From: Candidatus Bathyarchaeia archaeon
GTDB taxonomy: Archaea > Thermoproteota > Bathyarchaeia > Bathyarchaeales > Bathycorpusculaceae
Assembly (NCBI GenBank): GCA_050015395.1
Contig: JBEKBM010000003.1
Coordinates: 73,455 to 137,454, forward strand
Length of the DNA: 64,000 nucleotides
Direction of reading: 5' to 3'
The position numbers and the translations under genes were made by a program. Positions 9,095 through 17,524 of the stretch are shown piece by piece. Position 1 is the first letter of the stretch. Each line of letters opens with the position of its first letter. The notes beneath the pieces are model-generated. The model saw nothing but the letters and a program-made list of their open reading frames with translations, was not told where the DNA came from and searched no databases.

Positions 9095-9735
9095 GTCGAA
9101 TGCACAGAGAAAGACAAACTAACTTAGAAACTTGGGTTCCAAAAACCCGTTTGGGCAAGATGATTCAGGAAGGCAAAATAACAACCATTGAAGATGTCTT
9201 CCTTAGCGGCATAAAAATTTCTGAGCCCCAAATCGTTGACTCGTTAATTCCTGATCTTCAAGAAGAAGTCATAAACGTTAACTTAGTACAGAAGCAAACT
9301 GATGCTGGCGAAAAATCCCGTTTCAAAGCCATAGTTGCCGTTGGAAACAGAGACGGCTACATTGGCTTAGGCTCAGGAAAAGCCAGTCAAGTGCGAAACG
9401 CCATTGAGAAAGCTGCTGTGAATGCTCGCCTAAACATTATTCCAGTAAAACGCGGATGCGGAAGTTGGGAGTGCGGTTGCGGTAAACCTCATTCAGTTCC
9501 GTTCCAAGTTGAAGGGAAATGCGGCGGCGTACGAGTGGTTATTGTTCCGGGACCCAGAGGCTTAGGCTTAGTTTCAAGTGAAGTAGCCAAAGTCATCTTT
9601 GGCTTAGCTGGCGTGAAAGACTTGTGGATGAGAAGTTTTGGTTCAACACGGACAGTGCCGTCTTACGCGTATGCGATCTTTGATGGTTTACGGAAGACTT
9701 ATAATTTGATTACTCAAGTGGACTGGGTGAAGTAA
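9091..9735 (+). CDS. rps5: 30S ribosomal protein S5 (uS5)
   Basis: WVPKTRLG, QKQTDAGE, GCGSWECGC, PGPRGLGLV. Confidence 0.97.
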   Translation: MSRMHRERQTNLETWVPKTRLGKMIQEGKITTIEDVFLSGIKISEPQIVDSLIPDLQEEVINVNLVQKQTDAGEKSRFKAIVAVGNRDGYIGLGSGKASQVRNAIEKAAVNARLNIIPVKRGCGSWECGCGKPHSVPFQVEGKCGGVRVVIVPGPRGLGLVSSEVAKVIFGLAGVKDLWMRSFGSTRTVPSYAYAIFDGLRKTYNLITQVDWVK

Positions 9736-9736
9736 G

Positions 9737-10225
9737 ATGGCGCAGAAAACTGAAGAGTGCAAGTGCCTTGTCGTCGTTAAAGTTCGTGGTACAATTAGTG
9801 CCCAGCGAGAAACACGAGAAACCCTTGAATTCTTGCATTTACTGCATACCAACCATGCAGTACTCATTGATAGCCGACCATCATACAAGGGAATGCTGCA
9901 ACGCGTAAACAGCTACGTCACATATGGCGAACCCTCAAAAGAAACCGTTGCCATGATGCTTCAGAAACGCGCAAGGTTAGCAGGCGACAAAAAACTAACA
10001 GATGAATACATCAAGAAAGCAGGATACAAATCCATCGATGACCTTGCAGAAGCCATAGTAAACTGCAAAGTGCAATTCCAGAAACTTCCAGATGTGCAGC
10101 CACTATTCAAGTTGCATCCGCCAAGCAAAGGCTACAAGGGCAAAACCAAGAAAGGCTTCAAAGCAGGCGGCGAAGCAGGCTACCGCGGAGAAGCAATAAA
10201 CGAACTAGTAAAACGCATGATTTAA
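9737..10225 (+). CDS. rpl30: 50S ribosomal protein L30 (uL30)
   Basis: GMLQRVNSYVTYGE, FKLHPPSKGY, GYRGEAINELVKRMI. Confidence 0.97.
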   Translation: MAQKTEECKCLVVVKVRGTISAQRETRETLEFLHLLHTNHAVLIDSRPSYKGMLQRVNSYVTYGEPSKETVAMMLQKRARLAGDKKLTDEYIKKAGYKSIDDLAEAIVNCKVQFQKLPDVQPLFKLHPPSKGYKGKTKKGFKAGGEAGYRGEAINELVKRMI

Positions 10226-10242
10226 TCTCCCGTTTAAACATA

Positions 10243-10256
10243 GTTTTTTTTATTTA
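10243..10256 (+). terminator. Oligo-T archaeal terminator candidate after rpl30
   Basis: T-tract about 18 nt after the stop codon. Confidence 0.5.
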
Positions 10257-10351
10257 GCTTAAATTTTTTAGGTAAATCTTAAATGCAAAGAGCCGACTAG
10301 AGAGAATAACTAAGCACGGTGAGAAAATGGATTTAGTTGAGGTTTCATTTA

Positions 10352-10906
10352 ATGGCTAAAGCTACAATTATTGCGGAAGGTTGGATTCAAAGCGTTGGGT
10401 ACCGTGCTTTCGTTAAACGTGTTGCTAGTCAGCTTGGATTAAAGGGGCTTGTGAGGAATTTGCCTGATGGAATGGTTGAAATTTTTTGTGAAGGCGATTT
10501 GCCCAAGATTGACCTGCTTTTGAAAAAGATGGATTATAAGGGCAAAAAAGACGATGCCTTGAGCGCTTATGTTGAAAACTTGAGCATTTACAGAGAGGGT
10601 GAGAAAGGATACGTTGGTCCTTGGAAAGAATACAAGGGATTTGAAATTGATTATGGTTTTAACGTTGCTTCGCCTGTAGATCGGGCACTAATTGAGTACT
10701 TAGAAAGCGGAACGTTGTATGTTGTTTCTTTAAAAGACGAATTTGCAATGTATAGAAAAGAAACAAATGATAACTTTGAAACGATGGAAGCAAAATATAG
10801 TTCAATTTCTGAAGAGATGAAGAAAATAAATATAACTTTAGAAAAGCTTGCAGATGCCTACGTAAAAAGACAATCACAAACTGTCTGCGCCTTTGGCTTG
10901 AATTAA
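10352..10906 (+). CDS. Acylphosphatase-family protein with C-terminal helical extension
   Basis: GWIQSVGYR (cf. GRVQGVGFR), GLVRNLPDGMVEIFCEG; extra coiled-coil-like tail; ATG 10352. Confidence 0.8.
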   Translation: MAKATIIAEGWIQSVGYRAFVKRVASQLGLKGLVRNLPDGMVEIFCEGDLPKIDLLLKKMDYKGKKDDALSAYVENLSIYREGEKGYVGPWKEYKGFEIDYGFNVASPVDRALIEYLESGTLYVVSLKDEFAMYRKETNDNFETMEAKYSSISEEMKKINITLEKLADAYVKRQSQTVCAFGLN

Positions 10907-11170
10907 AACTGCAAATCTAAAAGCCAGAATTACCATGCTGATTTAGCGTTTGAACGCTATCGCTTTAGTTCGCTAACTGACTAATTTTGATGCATGAGAT
11001 AGCTAACTTAATTTTTTTTTTGATTTTTTGATAGTGATAGACTCCGAGTGCTTGAGTTTTTTGACCGCGGAATTCGCGCGCGCTTAATCCACAGCTAATA
11101 AGCCCATCTCCTTAAAAGCAGCCGAGAAAACAATTAAAGGGCGGGCAACTGAGCCCGATTCTTTTGTTGA

Positions 11171-11212
11171 TGGTGCCGAGGGTGGGACTTGAACCCACGA
11201 AGGTCTACGCCA
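11171..11212 (-). repeat. tRNA-Leu 3'-end copy 1 (att-like, 42 bp, 3 substitutions vs copy 3)
   Basis: Minus strand TGGCGTAGACCTTCGTGGGTTCAAGTCCCACCCTCGGCACCA = variable arm, T-arm, acceptor 3' strand and CCA. Confidence 0.9.
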
Positions 11213-11217
11213 AATGT

Positions 11218-11571
11218 CTAGCCTGTTTTAATAGCAATCGGCTTCTCGCTTTCTTCAACCTGTTTTTCCATTGCCTTTCTTGAAATAGTCATATCAAGCC
11301 TAATCAATTGTTTCACAATGTCGTTAGCTCTGTCAAGCTTGTACAGCGTTGCTCTTCCGATTTTACGGGTTGCTATCAGAGATCCCGACTGCTCAAGTTC
11401 TTTCCAATACTTGAAAAACGTTGCCCTGCTCATAGCGAGATTTTTTGCCGCCTCATTTTTTGAGTAATCAGAAAGCGGGTTATCTAAGAAGAAATCGATG
11501 ATTCTTAACGTTGGGCTATCTCCCAAGTATTTGAGCAATAGTGTTTCATCCGCTTTGTAAGCCGTTCCCAT
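11218..11571 (-). CDS. Winged-helix HTH protein (ArsR-like)
   Basis: LRIIDFFLDNPLSDYSKNEAAKNLAMSRATFFKYWKELEQSG...RKIGRATLYKL. Confidence 0.8.
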   Translation of the reverse strand: MGTAYKADETLLLKYLGDSPTLRIIDFFLDNPLSDYSKNEAAKNLAMSRATFFKYWKELEQSGSLIATRKIGRATLYKLDRANDIVKQLIRLDMTISRKAMEKQVEESEKPIAIKTG

Positions 11572-11584
11572 ATCAAAACACCTG

Positions 11585-11947
11585 CTAACGGTAACTAAAC
11601 CTTGCGTCCTTAGGTGTTAAGTCCAACGCGTCGGCGATCATTTCCTTAACGAGCGGCCTTTTTCTAACTTTTTGAAACTCCTCAGGAGTATACATTAGCA
11701 GATCCAACTCTTCAACAAATGACCAATATTCCAGAAGTATCTTTCCCCGCTCAAGACTGGTTAGACCCATGAAGCTTTTCGAAACAACTATCAAATCGAT
11801 GTCGCTATCTGTTTTTCTTTTTTGTTTGGCTGTTGAGCCGAAAAGAAAGACTTTTTCAAGTCCTATTTTTGCATCAACAACTTTCAGAAATTCTTTCAGT
11901 TTATCCATTAAGGGCCTGTTGTCGTCAAGCACTAAAGCCTTCGTCAA
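11585..11947 (-). CDS. Minimal nucleotidyltransferase (MNT) antitoxin
   Basis: FLFGSTAK...DSDIDLIVVS (GS-x10-DxD); overlaps the HEPN stop. Confidence 0.9.
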   Translation of the reverse strand: MTKALVLDDNRPLMDKLKEFLKVVDAKIGLEKVFLFGSTAKQKRKTDSDIDLIVVSKSFMGLTSLERGKILLEYWSFVEELDLLMYTPEEFQKVRKRPLVKEMIADALDLTPKDARFSYR

Positions 11948-12372
11948 GTCCTTTCCTCCTCAATCCTTGCCTTAATAACTTTGATGATGGGCAAAGCTTT
12001 TGTCATGAATTCATCCACGACGGCTTTAGTGTAGATATCACTGGGCAGTTCAAGAGTAGCATCAAAATATCTCGTTTCTCGAACGGCCAATGATAGTTGT
12101 CTGAGAAAACGAATTTGCTCTTCGGTTAGTTCGACCTTGTCAGCTATTTTCGAATGTAATTCAACCAAATTATGCACCTTAGGAGGAGCCGCTTTCTTCA
12201 ACACAACGATAGCTGCCTTCAAGGATTTTTCAACAGTCAAATGAAGCCAGAAAGCTACGACGGGATATGCCTCGCAGCTAATAACTTTCTCCAGCATTCT
12301 TAAAGAATCATCCAAATCCTTAAGCCATAATTGAATGTATTCATTAGAGAATGTGCTAGTTTTTTTTGTCAT
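11944..12372 (-). CDS. HEPN-domain protein (HEPN-MNT toxin-antitoxin)
   Basis: AFWLHLTVEKSLKA, PPKVHNLVEL, ETRY; real start probably ATG 12372, since the track start lies inside the tRNA repeat. Confidence 0.88.
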   Translation of the reverse strand: MTKKTSTFSNEYIQLWLKDLDDSLRMLEKVISCEAYPVVAFWLHLTVEKSLKAAIVVLKKAAPPKVHNLVELHSKIADKVELTEEQIRFLRQLSLAVRETRYFDATLELPSDIYTKAVVDEFMTKALPIIKVIKARIEEERT

Positions 12373-12435
12373 TTGACTCTGAGTACAAGATAACTTTCTT
12401 ACTATTTTGATTTTTCTATCTTCCAAAATTACGGC

Positions 12436-12501
12436 GGTGCCGGGGGTGGGACTTTTGAACCCACGAAGGCCTGCGCCAGAGGATCTTAAGTCCTCCTCCA
12501 T
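12436..12501 (-). repeat. tRNA-Leu 3'-end copy 2 (att-like, ~66 bp)
   Basis: Matches 14247-14310 except for a 2-nt insertion in the T-loop; the CCA end reads CCG; includes the UAA anticodon arm. Confidence 0.92.
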
Positions 12502-12726
12502 CTCGATTATGAGAGAGGTATTCTCAAAAAAACTTTAAGCAGAGGAATGACTAGGACTGAACAAGCCTTTAGAAAAAGAACTTGGTGAGTATTTATCAGA
12601 AAAACGAGGCTGGCCATGGACTCTTACTTGCTTTATTATTAACTCATGCAACGAAAGCAATAAAGACAAGATTAAATGAGACGTTTTTCTTCTTTAAGCG
12701 TGTGTTATCTATTTGATTTTAATTAA

Positions 12727-13968
12727 CTATTTCAGATTGTGCATCTTTTTGAAATCATAAATATTCGCTTGGTAATTCCTAGTTTTGAATTTTGCTATTT
12801 TTTCAGATATCTTCTCGGTTCCAAAATCCATGAACTTATCTGCAACAGCGTAACCTAATCCGGCTAGTAAACCCAACTTGCCAATAGGTCCGGCAGCTAC
12901 ACTACCAATAGCGGCCATCGAAAGAGGAATTCCAACCTGCAAATTTTTTATTCGGTTAACTATTGTTTTATCGTTCCAGATTGAGTCCAGTATTTCCGAA
13001 AAATCTCTAACATTCTCATTTATCAAGTCTGGTTTCCCCACCACAATTGCCTCGTTCAATGATTCTTGTACTTTTTTTAGGTCATATGAATCATAATGAT
13101 ACATGATATCCTTGCAGGCGTCAAATCCCATGGGGGCATACGTTAACTTGTTTAGGAGAAATTTTCCTATCTCGCACGGAAGCTCTATTTTAGGCTGATA
13201 GGGCTTTGGCAATATTTTAGCGTCGATTATGTCGCTGAGCGTGAAGCTCTGTACGTCGCAAAGAAAGTCACCAATTGGGTTAGTAATGAACATTCGGCAT
13301 TCGGTAAGCAGAGAATCAGCCTCTTCAGGGTTATCTATCATTAGGTTCTCAATATCCTCGGCTATGGGAAAGTGACAAGTTTTTAGGGTTACATAAGTGT
13401 GATAATCGTCAACTAAAACTTCCTCAAATAAGTGAGATTGATAGATGTTTAGCCGCTTAAGCCAATCAAAGTACTTAATTTTACCTATCGAAGTAAAGGA
13501 TTCATATGCTTTCTTAACCTCTACACGATTGGCCCAGCAAGAAAGCGGCGCAACCACATACCATGGAGGATTCAACTGCTCAAAAAAAGTATCCAAGTGA
13601 CTCTTGCCCTCATAAAAAAGCGGATCGTTAATTAGTACAAATTGTATTTTGCCGGTTTCCTTGACAAAATCGATTAGTTTCTGGGCTTCCTTTATCTTAA
13701 AAAAACTACTTTCATAAACTTCTAATGGCCAAGGTGCGAGTGGCAGAATAAGGGAACCACAAAAAGGAATTTGAGCCCATACATTGTTGATTTGAGCACT
13801 TTCTAGCGAAGTCATTGCCACAGGTTTTTGTAAATTAAAAAAGCGTTCTCTTGGAGGGTACTTGTCTTTTGTGCCATCGAATTGACCATTTTCTATTCGC
13901 TTTACCAACAATCTATTGTAAATGTCCAACTCTTTCTGCTTATATTCTTCAAGATACTTTCGATCCAA
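12727..13968 (-). CDS. Hypothetical 413-aa protein with C-terminal glycine-rich hydrophobic hairpin
   Basis: Long AT-rich ORF, sole long ORF between tRNA copies 2 and 3; VGIPLSMAAIGSVAAGPIGKLGLLAGLGYAVA. Confidence 0.75.
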   Translation of the reverse strand: MDRKYLEEYKQKELDIYNRLLVKRIENGQFDGTKDKYPPRERFFNLQKPVAMTSLESAQINNVWAQIPFCGSLILPLAPWPLEVYESSFFKIKEAQKLIDFVKETGKIQFVLINDPLFYEGKSHLDTFFEQLNPPWYVVAPLSCWANRVEVKKAYESFTSIGKIKYFDWLKRLNIYQSHLFEEVLVDDYHTYVTLKTCHFPIAEDIENLMIDNPEEADSLLTECRMFITNPIGDFLCDVQSFTLSDIIDAKILPKPYQPKIELPCEIGKFLLNKLTYAPMGFDACKDIMYHYDSYDLKKVQESLNEAIVVGKPDLINENVRDFSEILDSIWNDKTIVNRIKNLQVGIPLSMAAIGSVAAGPIGKLGLLAGLGYAVADKFMDFGTEKISEKIAKFKTRNYQANIYDFKKMHNLK

Positions 13969-14245
13969 AACGCCAACCTGACCTTCTTCTCAAATGTATT
14001 GTTCTTTATCCATATTAGGTTTTATAAAATGGTCAAAAAGGAGCTTACTCATTCTTTTCTAAAATTTATGGCTTTTTAAGTATATCTGCTACGCTGATAT
14101 TCAGGGGAAGCGCTATCTCCGACGCTATTTTCAGTTTTCCCCATTAACGCAAGAATCGGAAGGGCTGTTTTGCAACATGATTCATGAACTGGGCAGAAGA
14201 AAGATCTCAATCTAAGGGATAAACCCAAAACCATTTTTGCCATAG

Positions 14246-14368
14246 TGGTGCCGGGGGTGGGACTTGAACCCACGAAGGCCTGCGCCAGAGGATCTTAAGT
14301 CCTCCTCCATATCTTAGGCAATCAATTTTTTCTGGCTGCCTATTTGGACCTGGCTCGGGTACCTACTG
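14246..14368 (-). tRNA. tRNA-Leu(UAA) with non-canonical ~35-nt D-arm intron; 5' acceptor strand degenerate (possible pseudo-tRNA)
   Basis: GG TA CCC GAGCCAGGTCCAA [intron ~14343-14309, hairpin TAGGCAG...TTGCCTA] GGAG GAGGA CT TAA GA TCCTC T GGCGCAGGCC TTC GTGGG TTCAAGT CCCAC CCCCGGC ACCA; 5' strand reads CAGTAGG instead of GCCGGGG. Confidence 0.7.
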
Positions 14369-14627
14369 CGTCCGCACCGTTTCATGCAACGATTATGGAG
14401 CTTTGGGTTTTGCTTGGAGCCTCGTGCTGAATAGCTGAAATACATCTGGCCTAGCTTAACCAAAGCCTTTGCTTCCTGTAAGCTGTGAGTTGCAGATGAA
14501 ACGTCCGCCAAAACCACCCTTCGCTTTACTCCGATCCCTGCCGTATCATCCGGAAAAAAGCCTAAAACGCCAAAATAAAAACGTCAACCCAGAAAACCCA
14601 CCCGTTCAAAACAGGCAGCCACACAAA

Positions 14628-14734
14628 AAAGTCGCAACCCGCAAAGATTCAAACCCCAAACCGAAAAAGCAACCCAAAACACAAAAAGCCAAGCCTGAAA
14701 GTCGCAACTTTCACCAAACCAAAAGTCGCAACTT
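14628..14734 (+). repeat. Three direct repeats AAAGTCGCAAC in an A/C-skewed non-coding tract
   Basis: Copies begin at 14628, 14698 and 14722. Confidence 0.7.
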
Positions 14735-14964
14735 AAAAATATCTGGCAAAAGGAAATCAAAAAACCTCCAAAAATCCTCAAATCCATCGCAGAAGCCTCA
14801 AAAAAACGAAAACTGACCCATAAATGAAACCGTCAATTTCCACGCAATCATCATTTTCATGAGTAAACTGCTTCAGGGCTAATGCGCGTTTTCTCACTGT
14901 TTATGTGCGATACGTTTTATAGTGGGAGTGAAGAAATTCGTTAGTTAATTGGAGGGGGAAAGAC

Positions 14965-15423
14965 ACGAGCGCAAAATGGCGTAGAAGCACAAAAAACCGT
15001 AAATGGCTAGATTTTAACAACCAAGCAGCAAAAAGCAAAAAACAACGAATAATTCAACCTGAACATGCTTACCGTCTAAAATCAATATCTGTTCACTCAA
15101 GCTTTCGGCCATCTAAAAGCTTTGCTGAACGCAATTTCCAAGAGCAAAAACCGTTAATCGATATATTCCAAGAAAATAATTATATAACGATTGTAGCGGA
15201 AATCGCAGGCTTTAATAAGGAAACCCTCAAAATTCATGTAAAGAATCAAAAACTTATCCTCTCGGCGAAGTCGAAAGATCGCAGATACTATAAAAGTTTA
15301 AATCTGCCGAAGGTAGTGATTCCAGACGTTATGTACACCAAATTCAAGAATGGTGTGCTAGAAATAAAGTTAAAAAAAGCTGAAACAGCAATAAATAAAG
15401 AAGCTGATCAAAATGCCGCATAA
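14965..15423 (+). CDS. Hsp20/alpha-crystallin small heat-shock protein, apparent ACG start
   Basis: Not in track; open frame ...KPLIDIFQENNYITIVAEIAGFNKETLKIHV...RYYKSLNLP...KFKNGVLEIKLKK; GGAGG at 14951 then ACG at 14965; stop overlaps the rpl15 start. Confidence 0.82.
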   Translation, partial: TSAKWRRSTKNRKWLDFNNQAAKSKKQRIIQPEHAYRLKSISVHSSFRPSKSFAERNFQEQKPLIDIFQENNYITIVAEIAGFNKETLKIHVKNQKLILSAKSKDRRYYKSLNLPKVVIPDVMYTKFKNGVLEIKLKKAETAINKEADQNAA

Positions 15424-15838
15424 ATTAAGAAAAATACGGAAATTTAGAGGTTCAAGGACAGTAGGCTACGGAAGGGTAGGTCAACACCGAGACTCAGGGT
15501 CCAAGGGGCATAGGAAAGTTGGACGGCACAAGCACTTATGGAGCTATGTTACAACCTATGAACCTGATTATTTCGGTAAAAATGGCTTCACCTCACCCCA
15601 AAGTCTTCATCGCCACGAAAACACGATTAACCTCAAAAAGGTAGAAGAAATAGCACAAACAAGTCAGCAGGAAAATCCTCAAATCGACCTGACAGCCTTA
15701 GGCTACACAAAACTTTTAGGCACAGGTAAAGTCACAAAACCTCTAACTGTACAAGTGTCATCATACTCAAAATCGGCGGCTGAAAAAATCAAAAAAGCAG
15801 GCGGAGAAATCGTAGGTTCCCCAGTCAACGGAGAGTAA
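15413..15838 (+). CDS. rpl15: 50S ribosomal protein L15 (uL15)
   Basis: RGSRTVGYGRVGQHR, YFGKNGF, KLLGTG, SAAEKIKKAGG. Confidence 0.97.
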   Translation: MPHKLRKIRKFRGSRTVGYGRVGQHRDSGSKGHRKVGRHKHLWSYVTTYEPDYFGKNGFTSPQSLHRHENTINLKKVEEIAQTSQQENPQIDLTALGYTKLLGTGKVTKPLTVQVSSYSKSAAEKIKKAGGEIVGSPVNGE

Positions 15839-15847
15839 AGCTACTAA

Positions 15848-17281
15848 ATGCCCGGAAGATTCCTTGGTCTCTTCAAACCAATAGGAAGAGTTTTACCCGA
15901 AATTAAAAAGCCTGAGCGAAAGGTAAGTTTTAACGAGAAAATCTTCTGGACTGGGCTTGTCTTAATTATTTATCTTGTTATGGCTCAAATCCCGCTTTAC
16001 GGTGTTTCAGCATCAGCCCAAAGCTCGTTTAGTTCATTGAGAGTTATTTTTGCTTCGAACAATGGAACATTGATGCAGTTGGGTATTGGGCCTATTGTTA
16101 CGGCTGGTTTGATTTTGCAGTTGCTTGCTGGTTCCTCTATTATTGAGTGTGATATGTCGAATGCTGAGGATAGAGGATTATTCACTTCTGCAAGTAAAGT
16201 GTTCACTATCGTTCTCACTGGTATTCAGGCTGCCGCGTACCTTATAAGCGGCATGTTCGGTGTGATTTCTGGATCTGCAACGTTAGTTATTTTCTTGGAG
16301 CTTCTTAGCGCTGGCGTAATTGTTATGTTAATGGATGAGCTTGTTCAGAAGGGCTGGGGACTAGGCAGCGGAATTAGCTTGTTTATCATGGCTGGTGTTG
16401 CTCAGAGTGTTCTCTGGGATACATTTTCGCCTACTACTGGTCTGTTTGTGGGTTCTCTTTCAGCTTGGCTAAGCCACGGGCAGACGTTTTTGGCTTGGGC
16501 ATTTGGGACTGCTTCTGGAGTTTATCCATCTTTGCTCGGGTTCTTTGCTACTATTGGCGTCTTCTTGGTGGTTATTTATTTGAATGGAATTAGAATTGAG
16601 CTTCCAATGAGTTATGCAGGATACAAAGGCTTCAGAAGCAAATATCCAATTAAACTACTGTACGTTTCTAACCTTCCAGTCATTTTTGCGTCAGCATTGT
16701 TCGCAAACGTTTACTTCTTCTCAGAATTGCTATGGAGTTCACAGGGTCGTCCTCGTCCCGAAACGAATCTTTTATTCCGGATAATAGGTGACTTTAACGT
16801 AACAACTTCAGGTACTGGTACTAGTGCTACTACTAGTATCCGACCTGTAGGCGGGCTTGCTTACTTTACGACTGCGCCAGCTAATATTCAACAAGTTGCG
16901 CTTGACCCGTTAAGGGCTGCTTTTTACTTGGGCATTCTTGTGGCTTTCTGCGCTGTTTTCTCGCTGATTTGGCTTGAGGTTGGTGGTTTAGGTCCCTCAA
17001 AAGTTGCCAAGCAGCTAATGGATTCAGGCATGCAGATTCCTGGTTACCGCAGGTCAGGAAGACCCATAGAAACTGTCCTTAAACGTTATATACCTGTAGT
17101 CACGGTTCTCGGCGGAATCATCGTTGGGCTGGTAGCTGCGGTTGCAGATTTCTTTGGCACTTTCGGTACGGGCGTAGGCATATTGCTGTCGGTGGGTATT
17201 ATTTACCAGTATTATGAGTTGTTAATGCAAGAAAGAGCTGCCGAGATGTATCCTGCTTTCAGGAGAATCCTTGGAGAGTAG
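15848..17281 (+). CDS. secY: Preprotein translocase SecY/Sec61alpha
   Basis: LMQLGIGPIVTAG, KGWGLGSGISLFI, YPIKLLYVSNLPVI, QIPGYR, GTGVGILLSVGI. Confidence 0.98.
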   Translation: MPGRFLGLFKPIGRVLPEIKKPERKVSFNEKIFWTGLVLIIYLVMAQIPLYGVSASAQSSFSSLRVIFASNNGTLMQLGIGPIVTAGLILQLLAGSSIIECDMSNAEDRGLFTSASKVFTIVLTGIQAAAYLISGMFGVISGSATLVIFLELLSAGVIVMLMDELVQKGWGLGSGISLFIMAGVAQSVLWDTFSPTTGLFVGSLSAWLSHGQTFLAWAFGTASGVYPSLLGFFATIGVFLVVIYLNGIRIELPMSYAGYKGFRSKYPIKLLYVSNLPVIFASALFANVYFFSELLWSSQGRPRPETNLLFRIIGDFNVTTSGTGTSATTSIRPVGGLAYFTTAPANIQQVALDPLRAAFYLGILVAFCAVFSLIWLEVGGLGPSKVAKQLMDSGMQIPGYRRSGRPIETVLKRYIPVVTVLGGIIVGLVAAVADFFGTFGTGVGILLSVGIIYQYYELLMQERAAEMYPAFRRILGE

Positions 17282-17524
17282 GCTAAAGCAGGTTTGCTTT
17301 AAAAATCTCCTCTTTTTGAGTTAATTTGATTTTAGTCTAAATTCAAATTTTTCTTTATTTTGCTTTATTAAAAAGAGGTTTTTTGATTTTTTGTTGCCGT
17401 CGGCATAATGCCTCATTAATAAATGATGTCTTTCTTGAAGAGGGGTATGGATAATACACGTTAAACCGTTAAAGCTAAGGGACAGCAAGAAGAAGATTCA
17501 AGTTATTCTAATTTTTGCCTAATT

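Noticed and set aside
12373-12501. N-terminal extension of the HEPN ORF
   Set aside because: Reads through the tRNA-derived repeat; the downstream ATG 12372 gives a normal-length HEPN
14314-14517. Minus ORF with SATHSLQEAKALVKLG, faintly like the C-terminal tail of some archaeal integrases
   Set aside because: No R-H-R-H-Y catalytic motifs nearby; similarity too weak; overlaps the tRNA
14469-14816. 115-aa K/P/N/Q-rich ORF
   Set aside because: Product of the A/C-skewed tract that lacks stop codons; no RBS or recognisable domain
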